Below, one piece after another: positions 1 through 10,200 of a DNA stretch of 64,000 bases. The DNA lies in the IMG/VR virus record IMGVR_UViG_3300009151_000044, positions 30,009-94,008 of that record, one strand, 5' to 3'. The position numbers were made by a program, and so were the translations under genes. The notes beneath the pieces were generated by a model, which was not told where the DNA came from, did not search any database, and saw only the letters and a list, made by a program, of their open reading frames with translations. The DNA comes from a virus. Within the stretch, counting starts at the first letter, position 1. Every line of letters starts with the position of its first letter.

Positions 1-354
1 GCTCCGAACTACTCAGGTAGCTTTGTAGGAACTAGTGCCACTGCTCCGCTACTATCAGGAATGATGGCTAGATTAAATCAACTGTCCGGGCGACGAATTG
101 GATTTGTTAATTCAGATTGGTATAGTGTAAGAACAACCGCGTTCAATGATCAAATAACAGGCGACAACCACGGAGGAAACACTGTAGGTTATAAGGCCAC
201 TGCTGGATGGGATGCGACAACGGGCTTAGGAAGTCCTATCGGTACGGAGTTGTATAAGTTATATAAAATTGGCACAACTTTTCCGAAACGTAATAACGGT
301 TTTAGACCTACTAGCGGACAAGTATATCCTAGAACAACAACAGGTGTTCGATAA
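1..354 (+). CDS. S53 (sedolisin/kumamolisin-like) serine peptidase, C-terminal part (5' truncated by window)
   Basis: Frame is open from base 1 (APNYSGSFVGTSATAPLLSGMMARLNQ): GTSAxAP catalytic-Ser motif plus C-terminal GWDATTGLGSP typical of S53. Confidence 0.8.
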   Translation, partial: APNYSGSFVGTSATAPLLSGMMARLNQLSGRRIGFVNSDWYSVRTTAFNDQITGDNHGGNTVGYKATAGWDATTGLGSPIGTELYKLYKIGTTFPKRNNGFRPTSGQVYPRTTTGVR

Positions 355-386
355 GCAATCGATTAAACTACCACATTATATACATT

Positions 387-394
387 GATAAATA
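387..394 (+). promoter_or_regulatory. T4-late-like promoter element (GATAAATA)
   Basis: TAAATA core about 20 nt upstream of the ORF at 415; the motif recurs before many genes. Confidence 0.5.
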
Positions 395-414
395 TAAGAT
401 AAAGAGAGAGTATT

Positions 415-1023
415 ATGCAGAGTAAAGATACAACGGGAATTCATGTAGAAGGTCACATTAAGATTCATGACCCTGCTTCTGGTGAGGTTTTTATTAATAA
501 GCGTAATGCCGTTCATTACGAAAATATTAGTATTGCGCTAGCTCAGAGTATAGCGAACAGCGGCCAAGGTTTTATATATCAGATGGCCTTTGGTAACGGT
601 GGCACTGCTATTGATCCAACTGGTATTATTACCTATTTGACTCCGAATAGTTCAGGATCAAATGCTAGTTTATATAATGAAACCTACACAAAGATCGTTG
701 ATGATAGAAGTAGTAATAACGTAGACCCAACTCGCAATTTTGTTGAAACTAGACACGTTACTGGCACAAATTATACTGACGTGTTTATTACTTGTTTGTT
801 AGATTATGGTGAACCTAGCGGACAAAATGCTTACGATACAACAACTAATAATGAAAGTGCCTATGTTTTTGACGAGCTAGGGCTTAAATCATACAGTTCA
901 ACTGGGCAGAGTTTATTATTAACACATGTGGTATTCCATCCTGTACAAAAAAGTTTAAATCGATTGATTCAGATTGATTATACTGTGCGTATTCAAAGTT
1001 TAACTGGTTTGGCAGGAGTATAA
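415..1023 (+). CDS. Putative virion structural protein (tail/baseplate region)
   Basis: 202 aa, beta-rich, first gene of the tail-fibre run; called from context only. Confidence 0.45.
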   Translation: MQSKDTTGIHVEGHIKIHDPASGEVFINKRNAVHYENISIALAQSIANSGQGFIYQMAFGNGGTAIDPTGIITYLTPNSSGSNASLYNETYTKIVDDRSSNNVDPTRNFVETRHVTGTNYTDVFITCLLDYGEPSGQNAYDTTTNNESAYVFDELGLKSYSSTGQSLLLTHVVFHPVQKSLNRLIQIDYTVRIQSLTGLAGV

Positions 1024-1026
1024 TAA

Positions 1027-3138
1027 ATGAGTTACCAAGTCAAATATACCGAAACAACAAATCCAAGTAAGCCCCCGATCACAGTCGAAGATCAAACAGT
1101 TAACTCGCAAACTGATTTAAAATTTGTTGGAAAGAATTATGCCGGTTATGCTTCTTACATGGCAGAAAATTTCTTACATTTATTAGAAAATTTTTCTAAA
1201 AATACTGCCCCGACTCAGCCAGTTGAAGGCCAGCTATGGTACGACAACAGCCCAGATGTTAATTTATTAAAAGTATATGACGGCACAGTATGGACAGCGG
1301 CAGGTAGTGTTAAGAAATTAGATACTGCGCCTAGTGTTGGAATTATTGGCGACCTTTGGGTAAACACTAATACCCAACAGCTTCATGTATATTCCGGGTC
1401 TAACTGGTTGTTAATTGGTCCACAGTATAGTTCAGGATCAAAAACGGGTCCAGATGTTGAAACTATTATTGACTCAAACAATATTTCTCATAGTGTAATT
1501 ACATTTTGGGCAAACAATAGCAAGGTAGCAATATTAAGCAAAGAATCATTTAAGCCAAAGTTGTTCATTCCGGGATTTACTACTATCGGTCAGGGATTTA
1601 ATATTAGTACAGTTGACGCTGACAGCACAACCGCTCCAACAAAGATGTGGGGAACTGCTAGCCAAGCCAATGCGTTGGTGATCAGCGGCTCTGCTGTTGC
1701 TGCAAGTAATTTTCTTAGAGGTGATGTAATAAGCACTTCTAATACTCCATTAAATATTAGAGCAAGTGGCGGACTAAGTATTGGTAGTGATTTAAGTTTT
1801 AATATTGGTCAAGAATTATCGTCGACTATTTTATATTCTAAAACTAGTGGCGGCACTATAGATCTTAAACTAACAGCAACTAACGGCACGATAAACACAG
1901 TAGTGCGAGTTGATTCAAACAGTAGGGTTGGTATTAACACAATTAGTCCACAAGAAGCGTTAGATGTAAATGGAAACATCACTACTAGCGGAGATATTAC
2001 AGCCGCTGGGTTAACTACTAGCAATACGCTAGCAGTACAATCAACATCAACGTTTGGCGACGATATTTTTACATTGGGTAAAATTGAAACTAGTTACCTA
2101 GATATTGATGGCAATCCGTTTACTTACCCTGTAATTATTCCAGGCCCAAATGATTCAGCAGACGCAATTTACGACATTGGATCTAGTACAAGAAGATTTA
2201 GAAATATATACGCTCAAGAATTTGTTGGAAATTTTAACGGAGCATTTACTGGATCATTATCGGGAAGTATTTCAGGATCGGCAGCAAAGTTATCTAGCCC
2301 AACTACATTTAGACTAATAGGCGATGTAGCTAGTGATGATGTAGATTTTGACGGCCAAACGCCACAACCTGGTCATGATCCGGGTCTTATTGAATTTACT
2401 ACATCTATTAGTCAAAACCTTATTACAGGAAAGCCGCAAGTTACTTCGTCAAAAAATGACGATCAATTATTAGTATATCGATCGGGGGTCGACAGCGGAT
2501 TAAAACGAGTTACAAGACAATCGTTTTTTGCCAATATTCCAACAGTACCTATTGGCTCTTTAATGCCTTTTGCTGGTACAGTGTTACCAAACGGTTATTT
2601 GCTGTGCGATGGCGGCGAGGTGCGTATTAGTGAGTACCCAGAGTTATTTGGTGTAATCGGTTATACTTACAAGAGATTAGGGCTACGTGGTAAGAACACG
2701 TTTGCGCTGCCAGATTTACGTGGTCGATTTCCAATGGGGTCGGATAGCATGGACAATGGGACAACTGTTCCGGACAAAGATGATCCAACTATTTTAATTG
2801 ACGCAGGCGGAGGAAGTGCCAACAGAGTTACTGCTACATCAGCAGATAATATTGGAGACAGTAACGGAGTTGAAGAAATAAGCATTCAGATTAACAATCT
2901 TCCGGAACATAAACATACACTTCAAAGCGATTCTGGGTTACAATATTTTGCCGGGGGAAGTCCAACAGGTGATGCTGATGGCGGAACGATCGCAGGTTAC
3001 GGAGTTTCGGCCGGCGCATCAGGATATGGATTGCCTAATAGCGGAGGAGTTTCGTCACCGCGGCTTGGCGATACTATTAGCACTATGAACCCTTATATCA
3101 CAATTAATTATATTATCTTTACTGGTGTCATACAATGA
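1027..3138 (+). CDS. Tail fibre protein with C-terminal tail-collar domain
   Basis: N-terminal VGKNYAGY..ENFLHLLENF..GQLWYD domain; collar motif PIGSLMPFAG..PNGYLLCDG..FALPDLRGRFPMG; terminal MNPYITINYII. Confidence 0.85.
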   Translation: MSYQVKYTETTNPSKPPITVEDQTVNSQTDLKFVGKNYAGYASYMAENFLHLLENFSKNTAPTQPVEGQLWYDNSPDVNLLKVYDGTVWTAAGSVKKLDTAPSVGIIGDLWVNTNTQQLHVYSGSNWLLIGPQYSSGSKTGPDVETIIDSNNISHSVITFWANNSKVAILSKESFKPKLFIPGFTTIGQGFNISTVDADSTTAPTKMWGTASQANALVISGSAVAASNFLRGDVISTSNTPLNIRASGGLSIGSDLSFNIGQELSSTILYSKTSGGTIDLKLTATNGTINTVVRVDSNSRVGINTISPQEALDVNGNITTSGDITAAGLTTSNTLAVQSTSTFGDDIFTLGKIETSYLDIDGNPFTYPVIIPGPNDSADAIYDIGSSTRRFRNIYAQEFVGNFNGAFTGSLSGSISGSAAKLSSPTTFRLIGDVASDDVDFDGQTPQPGHDPGLIEFTTSISQNLITGKPQVTSSKNDDQLLVYRSGVDSGLKRVTRQSFFANIPTVPIGSLMPFAGTVLPNGYLLCDGGEVRISEYPELFGVIGYTYKRLGLRGKNTFALPDLRGRFPMGSDSMDNGTTVPDKDDPTILIDAGGGSANRVTATSADNIGDSNGVEEISIQINNLPEHKHTLQSDSGLQYFAGGSPTGDADGGTIAGYGVSAGASGYGLPNSGGVSSPRLGDTISTMNPYITINYIIFTGVIQ

Positions 3139-4985
3139 GCTACATAATCAATAAAACTGATGGATCTGTATTAACAGAAATAGTTGACGGCACTATTGAC
3201 CAAACAGCCACTGACTTAACACTAGTCGGAAAAAATGCCAGTAGTTACGGTGAAGCATTTAATGAAAATTTTGTTCATCTCTTAGAAAATTTTGCCAATA
3301 CTAGCGCACCGAATAATCCGATTCAAGGGCAATTATGGTTTGATACTAGTGAAAATAGATTAAAAATTTACGACGGTGGTGGCTTTAAAGTAAGCGGAGG
3401 TAGTATTGTTTCTAATACTATTCCTTCAACTATCGGCCAAGGCGATATATGGATTGATAGTCGAAGGAAACAACTGTATTTCAACGATGGAGTATCTACT
3501 ATATTAGCAGGACCATCTTGGTCAACGTTCCAAGGAATAACTGGATGCGAAGTAGTTGATATAGCCGATACCAATAATAATCCTCGAACAATAATTTTAT
3601 TCAAGGTTGGTGGGATTTTATTAGGAATTTTTAGTAATACTCAATTTGTTCCACTGATTGACGGCGATGGATTAGGTCTTGAGTTTCAAGGTCCGTCTTT
3701 TAACATAGCCACTAGTTACGTTAGGGGCGATCGAGTAACACATAGAAATAACCCGAATACTCCTCCTACGTTAATATATGAAGCAATTACAGCAAGTGTT
3801 CCAACGGGAACATTGCCGACTGATATTACATATTGGAAACAGGTAACTATTAGTCCTGGGTTTAATGCTAGTACACTAGGCAATTTAAAATTTGATGTTA
3901 CTACTACACGAGCAAATGCGTTAATCGATGGTAACGGCGATTTGAAAACCGCAGATAATTTTATAGGTAATGTAGGCGATGCTTCTATCAATGGTACATT
4001 AACTATCACTAACGTAGTTCCTCTAATTCTTGGCGGAAGTACACAGTCTCAAGTAACAGTCAGTAATGCGCTATTTGAATTAGCATCAAATATATCTGAT
4101 CAAAACTTCCAAGTATCGTCAAAGAACGCAGCCAACGGACTGCAAGCTAGTATCTTCGTTAATTCTCGAAATGAAAAGGTGGGCATTTATACTAATACAC
4201 CAACAGCCACGTTAGATGTCAACGGTGATACTCGTATTAGAGGTAGTTTGACAGTTGAAAAGAACATTACTGCTATCAATCAGTACGAAGTAAATATTGA
4301 AGAAAAACTTCTCAATCTAGGTAAAACATCAAACGCAACTAATAGTACAGCGAATGGCGGCGGTATCTTATTAGAAGGCGGACTAGACGGTGATAAAACC
4401 TTATTATGGTCATCTACTATACCAGCATGGTCAAGCTCGGAAAATTTTAATATTGCCAGTTCTAAAGGATACTTTATCAACGGTATCCAAATACTAAATT
4501 ATACAACACTTGGTAGTTCTGTACTTAATTCTAGCCTAACTGGAGTTGGTATATTACGTGCTTTACAAGTTTATAGCAATTCTGCTTCATGCGGTACCAG
4601 CATTGACGGAAATACAATTAGCTATACTAGTAATAGTTTTGCGTCTGGCGATGTTGTATTATTACCAAAGGGCACTGGAAATGTCAGTGTTAGTAATAGA
4701 AAGATTGTTAACGTTTCAAACGCCCAAGATGCTACAGATGCTGTAAATTTACAAACAGTACAGGCGTTAATTAGCAGTGCTCCCCTAGGATTGTCAGCTG
4801 ATACAGCGTTTTTAGCCGGAGCAACGTTAAATGCTGACATTGCCACACAGATTATTGAAAAAGTTTATCCAGCAATTACCCACGGGATTGGTACAGAATG
4901 TAGAATTTGGTGTATTGATCTAGGAATTGCAAAGCTATTCACTATATCTGCTCTTGGGGTATGGGGTTGGTCAACCAATCTGTAA
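3135..4985 (+). CDS. Tail fibre protein (paralogous N-terminus)
   Basis: Same N-terminal domain as 1027; VGIYTNTPTATLDVNG fibre repeat; NVSNAQDATDAVNL stalk-like motif. Confidence 0.75.
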   Translation: MSYIINKTDGSVLTEIVDGTIDQTATDLTLVGKNASSYGEAFNENFVHLLENFANTSAPNNPIQGQLWFDTSENRLKIYDGGGFKVSGGSIVSNTIPSTIGQGDIWIDSRRKQLYFNDGVSTILAGPSWSTFQGITGCEVVDIADTNNNPRTIILFKVGGILLGIFSNTQFVPLIDGDGLGLEFQGPSFNIATSYVRGDRVTHRNNPNTPPTLIYEAITASVPTGTLPTDITYWKQVTISPGFNASTLGNLKFDVTTTRANALIDGNGDLKTADNFIGNVGDASINGTLTITNVVPLILGGSTQSQVTVSNALFELASNISDQNFQVSSKNAANGLQASIFVNSRNEKVGIYTNTPTATLDVNGDTRIRGSLTVEKNITAINQYEVNIEEKLLNLGKTSNATNSTANGGGILLEGGLDGDKTLLWSSTIPAWSSSENFNIASSKGYFINGIQILNYTTLGSSVLNSSLTGVGILRALQVYSNSASCGTSIDGNTISYTSNSFASGDVVLLPKGTGNVSVSNRKIVNVSNAQDATDAVNLQTVQALISSAPLGLSADTAFLAGATLNADIATQIIEKVYPAITHGIGTECRIWCIDLGIAKLFTISALGVWGWSTNL

Positions 4986-5000
4986 ACGAGCCAAAATAGA

Positions 5001-5007
5001 ATAAATA
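5001..5007 (+). promoter_or_regulatory. T4-late-like promoter element (ATAAATA)
   Basis: TAAATA upstream of RBS and ATG at 5031. Confidence 0.5.
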
Positions 5008-5030
5008 CTAAGAATAAGGAATGATGGAAA

Positions 5031-6566
5031 ATGCCATATACGATTAATCATTACAACGGAGATTTTGCTGTTACTGTTGCCGACGGCACAGTTGATACTA
5101 GCTATGCAGTTAAACTTGTTGGCAAAAACTACGCTGGTTACGGTGAACTTCAGAATGAGAACTTTCTAGCATTGTTAGAAAACTTTGCTAACGGCATTGA
5201 ACCAGCAAGAAAAACAGCGGGTCAACTGTGGTATAACAGCACAGACAAAAAATTAAAGTTTTTTGACGGTAGTAAATTTAAGTCAACAGGCGGAGCAGAA
5301 ATAACTGATAGTGTTGAACCGTTAGGGCTTGTTGAGGGCGATTTTTGGTGGAAACGCAGTACCAAACAATTATTTGCTAGAAATAACGCAGGAACATTTA
5401 CACTAGTTGGGCCGCAGGCCGCCGGAACAAATCAAACTGAAATGTTTTCTAGAGAATTAATCGATACTAGAATTCCAGCACAAACTCATCCGGTAATTGA
5501 AGCAAGAGTTAATGGTCTTACATCGTTTATTATTGCGCCAATTGACGCAGTACCTTTTAATATTGATAAAGGTATTGAAGGACAAAATATCTCAGGTTTT
5601 ACTACAGTTCACCCTGGAATTACACTAGCGTTGACTGAAGAATCAGATCCAGCTAATGATATGTATGGTGTTACTGATTCGGCAGACATTAGATTCTTTG
5701 GTACTGCTACTAACTCAGACAAGCTAGGCGGCGTGCTGGCAGCAAACTTTGTAAGGAATGATCAAGCATCTGCATTTACTCGAGTTGTTAGATTTGCCGA
5801 TGCTGGTTATACAGTCGGTGATAGTTGGGCAACAAACGGTTTATTAGTTGATATTTCTGGAGCATATCCAAGAATACAAACACAAGGTTCATCTTTACGA
5901 GTACAAACAAAAGCATCAGGAGTTATAAAGACTCCTATTAAATTAGTTGGCAATGCAATTCTTAACGGCGGTGACGACAACGACGGATTTACATACGACA
6001 TCGGTTCATCTACTGTAAAATTCAACACAGTCTATGCCAATGTTTTTAATGGTGCTGCCACTAAGGCTGACAGTGTAAGTGTAGGTGGTGTATATAGAAC
6101 TGCTAGCGTTGATTCGTCTGGTGTTGGAACAGGTAATACGATCGTTGCTAGAGACGCTACCGGTAATATCAATGCCGTATTATTTCAAGGTATTGCTACA
6201 CAAGCTCGTTATGCTGACTTAGCAGAAAAATATCTTGCTGATGTCGACTATGAGATTGGTACAGTTGTGATGATCGGTGGTGAAAAAGAGGTTACAGCCG
6301 GACAGGTTGGATTCCGTGCTATTGGCGCAGTATCTGCTAACCCGGCATACATGATGAATAGCGATTTAGAAGGCGGCACTTACATTGCGTTAAAAGGCCG
6401 TGTTCCTGTCAAAGTAATAGGGCATATTGCCAAGGGTCAACGTTTAGTGGCAGGCGCCGACGGCACTGCGCAAGCCGCATCTGGTAATACAGCTGACTAT
6501 TTTGCTATAGCATTAGAAACAAGTGCTGACGCTGGTACGCGATTAGTTGAAGCTTTAATTTTATAA
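5031..6566 (+). CDS. Tail fibre protein with C-terminal peptidase G2/IMC-like autocleavage domain
   Basis: Shared N-terminal domain; C-terminal YADLAEKY..GTVVMIGG..GAVSANPAYMMN..IALKGRVPVKV. Confidence 0.75.
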   Translation: MPYTINHYNGDFAVTVADGTVDTSYAVKLVGKNYAGYGELQNENFLALLENFANGIEPARKTAGQLWYNSTDKKLKFFDGSKFKSTGGAEITDSVEPLGLVEGDFWWKRSTKQLFARNNAGTFTLVGPQAAGTNQTEMFSRELIDTRIPAQTHPVIEARVNGLTSFIIAPIDAVPFNIDKGIEGQNISGFTTVHPGITLALTEESDPANDMYGVTDSADIRFFGTATNSDKLGGVLAANFVRNDQASAFTRVVRFADAGYTVGDSWATNGLLVDISGAYPRIQTQGSSLRVQTKASGVIKTPIKLVGNAILNGGDDNDGFTYDIGSSTVKFNTVYANVFNGAATKADSVSVGGVYRTASVDSSGVGTGNTIVARDATGNINAVLFQGIATQARYADLAEKYLADVDYEIGTVVMIGGEKEVTAGQVGFRAIGAVSANPAYMMNSDLEGGTYIALKGRVPVKVIGHIAKGQRLVAGADGTAQAASGNTADYFAIALETSADAGTRLVEALIL

Positions 6567-6578
6567 TAGGATACAAAA

Positions 6579-7523
6579 ATGGCCGCAGGTGTTGGACAAA
6601 AAATTGAAGCCACTGACTATAACAGTATTCAAAATAAAATAGCTGGAATTTTGGGAACTGGTAGTGGTACTTCTGGATACGGACAAGCAGTCTCTAGTTC
6701 GGCTGTTGTGTCCGGCGACAAAATCAATCTCAGCGGTTGGTTAAATCTCAGAGCTGATTTACGTGCTGCACGCGAGCATCAATTAGGCACTGGTACAGTT
6801 AGTACAGGTACTGCTACTGATGGCGCAAATTTACTAGTTCCTGCCAATAGCCTAGTTGTTACTGAAGAACTTAGAAATCAATACAATTTATTTGCTGATA
6901 CAGTGATAGCAAACAAATGGTTATTAGGCACTCCGGGTCAATACTCAACAGAAATTGTTATTACCTATGCTAAATCGGGTGCTTGGAACGGTACAATATC
7001 TAATGTAGTTACTATTTCTGGTAGCGCAAGCGGTGCTGGCACTGTTGATAATATGCGATTCTTTTTTAATGCTGGCGGTAGTTTTCAACTTCAATCTAGT
7101 CGAACTGGCCCAAGCGCAGGATCAAAAGATGACACTTGGACAACCATGTTAACTCAGGCAGCAGTGGTTACTATGAATCATAGTACTACTACTTACTCCG
7201 GGTCAAATGGCACAGTATATAGTATTGGATATGATTCGCTAACTACATCAAATCAACTAATCTTTGGAAAACCGGCAGACGCAGGAAAGTACGCAGAAAA
7301 CGATTATTTTATCTATGCTAGAAAATCAGCTAACGGTGCTGATGTTATTTTTACATTACAATTCCAGGATGATGATACTGGGGATCAAACCGGTCTTGGC
7401 CCACCAGTAGATGAGAATGTCAATGCTGCCGGCGGCACTTTAAATACTTCAGTAAGTATGATTAGACCATCTGGGTCAAATGTTTCGATACTAGCACCTA
7501 CATCAAGCCAAACCGGAATGTAA
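6579..7523 (+). CDS. Putative virion structural protein
   Basis: Gly/Ser/Thr-rich 314 aa in the tail operon; RFFFNAGG motif. Confidence 0.5.
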   Translation: MAAGVGQKIEATDYNSIQNKIAGILGTGSGTSGYGQAVSSSAVVSGDKINLSGWLNLRADLRAAREHQLGTGTVSTGTATDGANLLVPANSLVVTEELRNQYNLFADTVIANKWLLGTPGQYSTEIVITYAKSGAWNGTISNVVTISGSASGAGTVDNMRFFFNAGGSFQLQSSRTGPSAGSKDDTWTTMLTQAAVVTMNHSTTTYSGSNGTVYSIGYDSLTTSNQLIFGKPADAGKYAENDYFIYARKSANGADVIFTLQFQDDDTGDQTGLGPPVDENVNAAGGTLNTSVSMIRPSGSNVSILAPTSSQTGM

Positions 7524-7574
7524 GCTCCCGCTGTAAAAAATAGATAATTACTTGATATATTCAAGAGGTTATCT

Positions 7575-7925
7575 ATGGACGAACGTTTAGAAAAAGCGTA
7601 TCAAGTTGTCAACTACATGGCAACGCTATCTGCTCAAAAACGAGTAATTAAAGAAGAATTTGATCAAAAGTTGCTGCATTATGTAAACGGTAGCACATTC
7701 AAAATCACACCAACTTTAATTAATTTTACAAAAACAGTTATAGATCTAGGGCATACTACTGATGTGGCATTTCTAGACGAAAATAATCTTCCAGTACTTA
7801 TCGAAGATGTACAGGTATTTTTTGATATAATTGTTGATCAATATTTTCAATCCTTAAATATCTACGCAGTTAAGACAGCAGAAATTAAGTCTAAACGTTC
7901 AGTAACAGCTATTACTTCATTATGA
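7575..7925 (+). CDS. Hypothetical protein (possible tail assembly chaperone)
   Basis: 116-aa helical ORF with GAGG RBS, coupled to the downstream GT genes. Confidence 0.4.
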   Translation: MDERLEKAYQVVNYMATLSAQKRVIKEEFDQKLLHYVNGSTFKITPTLINFTKTVIDLGHTTDVAFLDENNLPVLIEDVQVFFDIIVDQYFQSLNIYAVKTAEIKSKRSVTAITSL

Positions 7926-8755
7926 CCCACGGCGCAGTTATATTCGCACAAAATAACGGAGCAATTGACTATGTTAAAATTGCAACATTTTCTGCTAAAC
8001 AAATTAAAAAATATTTGAATATTCCTGTATCGTTAATTACTGATTCTCCCACATCAGTAACTGAAGATGTGTTTGATCAAATTATTGTAATTAGTTCTAA
8101 TACCACGCAAACAAAGAAATTTTTTGACGGCGCATTATCATCAAAAAATTTAATATGGAAAAATCAATCACGTAGTCAGGTGTTTGAACTAACACCGTAT
8201 GATACAACATTAGTCATCGACAGCGATTATATCGTTAATTCATCAGTGTTATTACCTGCTTTTGATAGCGACAGTAATTTTCAAATATATCGTACTAGTT
8301 TAGATCTTGCCGGTTGGCGCAACACCAGTAGCTTTGATAGATTAAATCAGTACAGTATTCCATTTTATTGGGCCACAGTGTTTATATTCAAGAAAGATGA
8401 AATTACACAAACATTTTTTAATATTGTAGATAATATTAAATTAAATTGGGAATATTATAGATTATTGTATACTATAGATTCAAAAGTATTTAGAAATGAT
8501 TTTGCTTTTAGTATAGCAATTCATATTATGAATAACAATACTACTGGCGAGTTTGCTACTGCGCTTCCGGGGAGTATGACATATATCCTAGATCGAGATT
8601 TGTTAGTAGAAATGGCAGAAGATAGAATGCAATTCTTAGTTGAAAAAGAAAGCTACCACGGAGAATATACGCTAGTTAAAACTACAGGACTTGATGTCCA
8701 TGTCATGAATAAATCTAGTTTACTTAGAGTAGTTGAAGGAGGTCAAGGTGTCTAA
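7922..8755 (+). CDS. GT-A fold glycosyltransferase (GT8/nucleotide-diphospho-sugar transferase-like)
   Basis: VSLITD..FDQII; TPYDTTLVIDSD (DxD); RNDFAFS; HVMNK. Confidence 0.7.
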   Translation: MTHGAVIFAQNNGAIDYVKIATFSAKQIKKYLNIPVSLITDSPTSVTEDVFDQIIVISSNTTQTKKFFDGALSSKNLIWKNQSRSQVFELTPYDTTLVIDSDYIVNSSVLLPAFDSDSNFQIYRTSLDLAGWRNTSSFDRLNQYSIPFYWATVFIFKKDEITQTFFNIVDNIKLNWEYYRLLYTIDSKVFRNDFAFSIAIHIMNNNTTGEFATALPGSMTYILDRDLLVEMAEDRMQFLVEKESYHGEYTLVKTTGLDVHVMNKSSLLRVVEGGQGV

Positions 8756-9590
8756 AGGATTCGTTGTTCTTGCTCAAAATACAAGCACAGTAGACTATGT
8801 AAAGCAAGCATATGCTCTTGCGCTTAGTATTAAAAATACTCAAAAAACAGTAACTACAATTTCATTAATCACTAATGATCCAGTGCCTGTCCAATACAAA
8901 CATGTATTCGATAAAATAATAGAAATTCCGTGGGGCGATCTTGCGAATAACCCAGTTTGGAAAATTGAAAATCGTTGGAAGATATTTCATGTATCTCCAT
9001 ACGAAGAAACAATTGTATTAGATACTGACATGTTATTTTTAGATGATATTAGTGATTGGTGGAAGTATTGTAGTAATAGTGATCTTAAATTTTGCTCAAC
9101 GATTAAAAATTATAAAAATGAAATTATATCTACAGACATTGTACATAGGAAAACGTTTATTGCTAACAAGTTACCTAACCCTTATGTGGCATTATTTTAT
9201 TTTAAAAAATCAGACTTAGCACTTGAGTTCTTTAAGGTGTTAGAATTTGTTGTTAAAAATTGGGAATTTTGTTCAAAAACTATTACTACTACTAGCCCGC
9301 AAAAATGGCTCAGTATTGATTTAGCAACGGCAATGTCAATCTACATTATGGGCATTGAAGAACAGGTACTAGACCCATGTTCACCACTTGAGTTTACACA
9401 TATGAAGACTGCGATCCAAGGATGGAGTCCAGTTCCGTCATCGTGGCAAAATGTTGTATCGTTTAATTTTGATGACGGAGTTATGCTAGTTGGCAATTAT
9501 CGTCAACAGTTTTTGTTTCATTATGTAGAAAAAGATTTTCTAACAGACACCATGCTGGTAAAATTAGAAGGGCAAAAAATTTATGACTGA
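8748..9590 (+). CDS. GT-A fold glycosyltransferase, paralogue of the upstream gene
   Basis: LALSIK..ISLITND..FDKII; SPYEETIVLDTDMLF (DxD); FTHMK; FHYVEK. GTG start at 8748 after GGAGG. Confidence 0.7.
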   Translation: MSKGFVVLAQNTSTVDYVKQAYALALSIKNTQKTVTTISLITNDPVPVQYKHVFDKIIEIPWGDLANNPVWKIENRWKIFHVSPYEETIVLDTDMLFLDDISDWWKYCSNSDLKFCSTIKNYKNEIISTDIVHRKTFIANKLPNPYVALFYFKKSDLALEFFKVLEFVVKNWEFCSKTITTTSPQKWLSIDLATAMSIYIMGIEEQVLDPCSPLEFTHMKTAIQGWSPVPSSWQNVVSFNFDDGVMLVGNYRQQFLFHYVEKDFLTDTMLVKLEGQKIYD

Positions 9591-10200
9591 CGAAATAGAA
9601 TACCTAACTGATGAACAACTAGCTTCTATTTCTGGTGTTATTGATAATCTATATTACGTTTATTTTCTTGAAGGCGGTAAAATAGATGCCATTACTAATG
9701 AAAAACGAGAAAACAGTGCTGTCAATTTTATCAAAGTAGAGTACAACCGAATTGAAAAATTCCTAGTTGGCAAGGAAAATTTTTCTGAATATATTGTGTC
9801 GTTGATTGATAAAGATACTCCGGTTATTGTTAAACCGTCCGAGTCAATTAACGCAAATACACACTGGTTATTAAAAATAATTGACCAACCTACAGACAAC
9901 ACTACACTGACTATAGTATGGAATAACGTTAACAAAACTTGGAAATTTTCTATTAATGAATCTTCAAGAACACAAATTAAACAGATTGGATTAACGGCGC
10001 AATTATTATTTTTTATCACGTTTAACAATAATCCAAATTTCTTAATTAGAACAATTAGTATAGACATACTTGATATATCAAACACAGAAGCAATTGAAAT
10101 TCCATGGATTTCAGCGTCAGAACAAGATTATTATAGTATATCTATCAGTACCCGACGATTCTTTGAATCTTATGGAATTTTAAAGTATGAGCAAAATTAA
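9583..10200 (+). CDS. Hypothetical protein in glycosyltransferase cluster
   Basis: 205-aa ORF overlapping both neighbours; no motif recognised. Confidence 0.5.
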   Translation: MTDEIEYLTDEQLASISGVIDNLYYVYFLEGGKIDAITNEKRENSAVNFIKVEYNRIEKFLVGKENFSEYIVSLIDKDTPVIVKPSESINANTHWLLKIIDQPTDNTTLTIVWNNVNKTWKFSINESSRTQIKQIGLTAQLLFFITFNNNPNFLIRTISIDILDISNTEAIEIPWISASEQDYYSISISTRRFFESYGILKYEQN

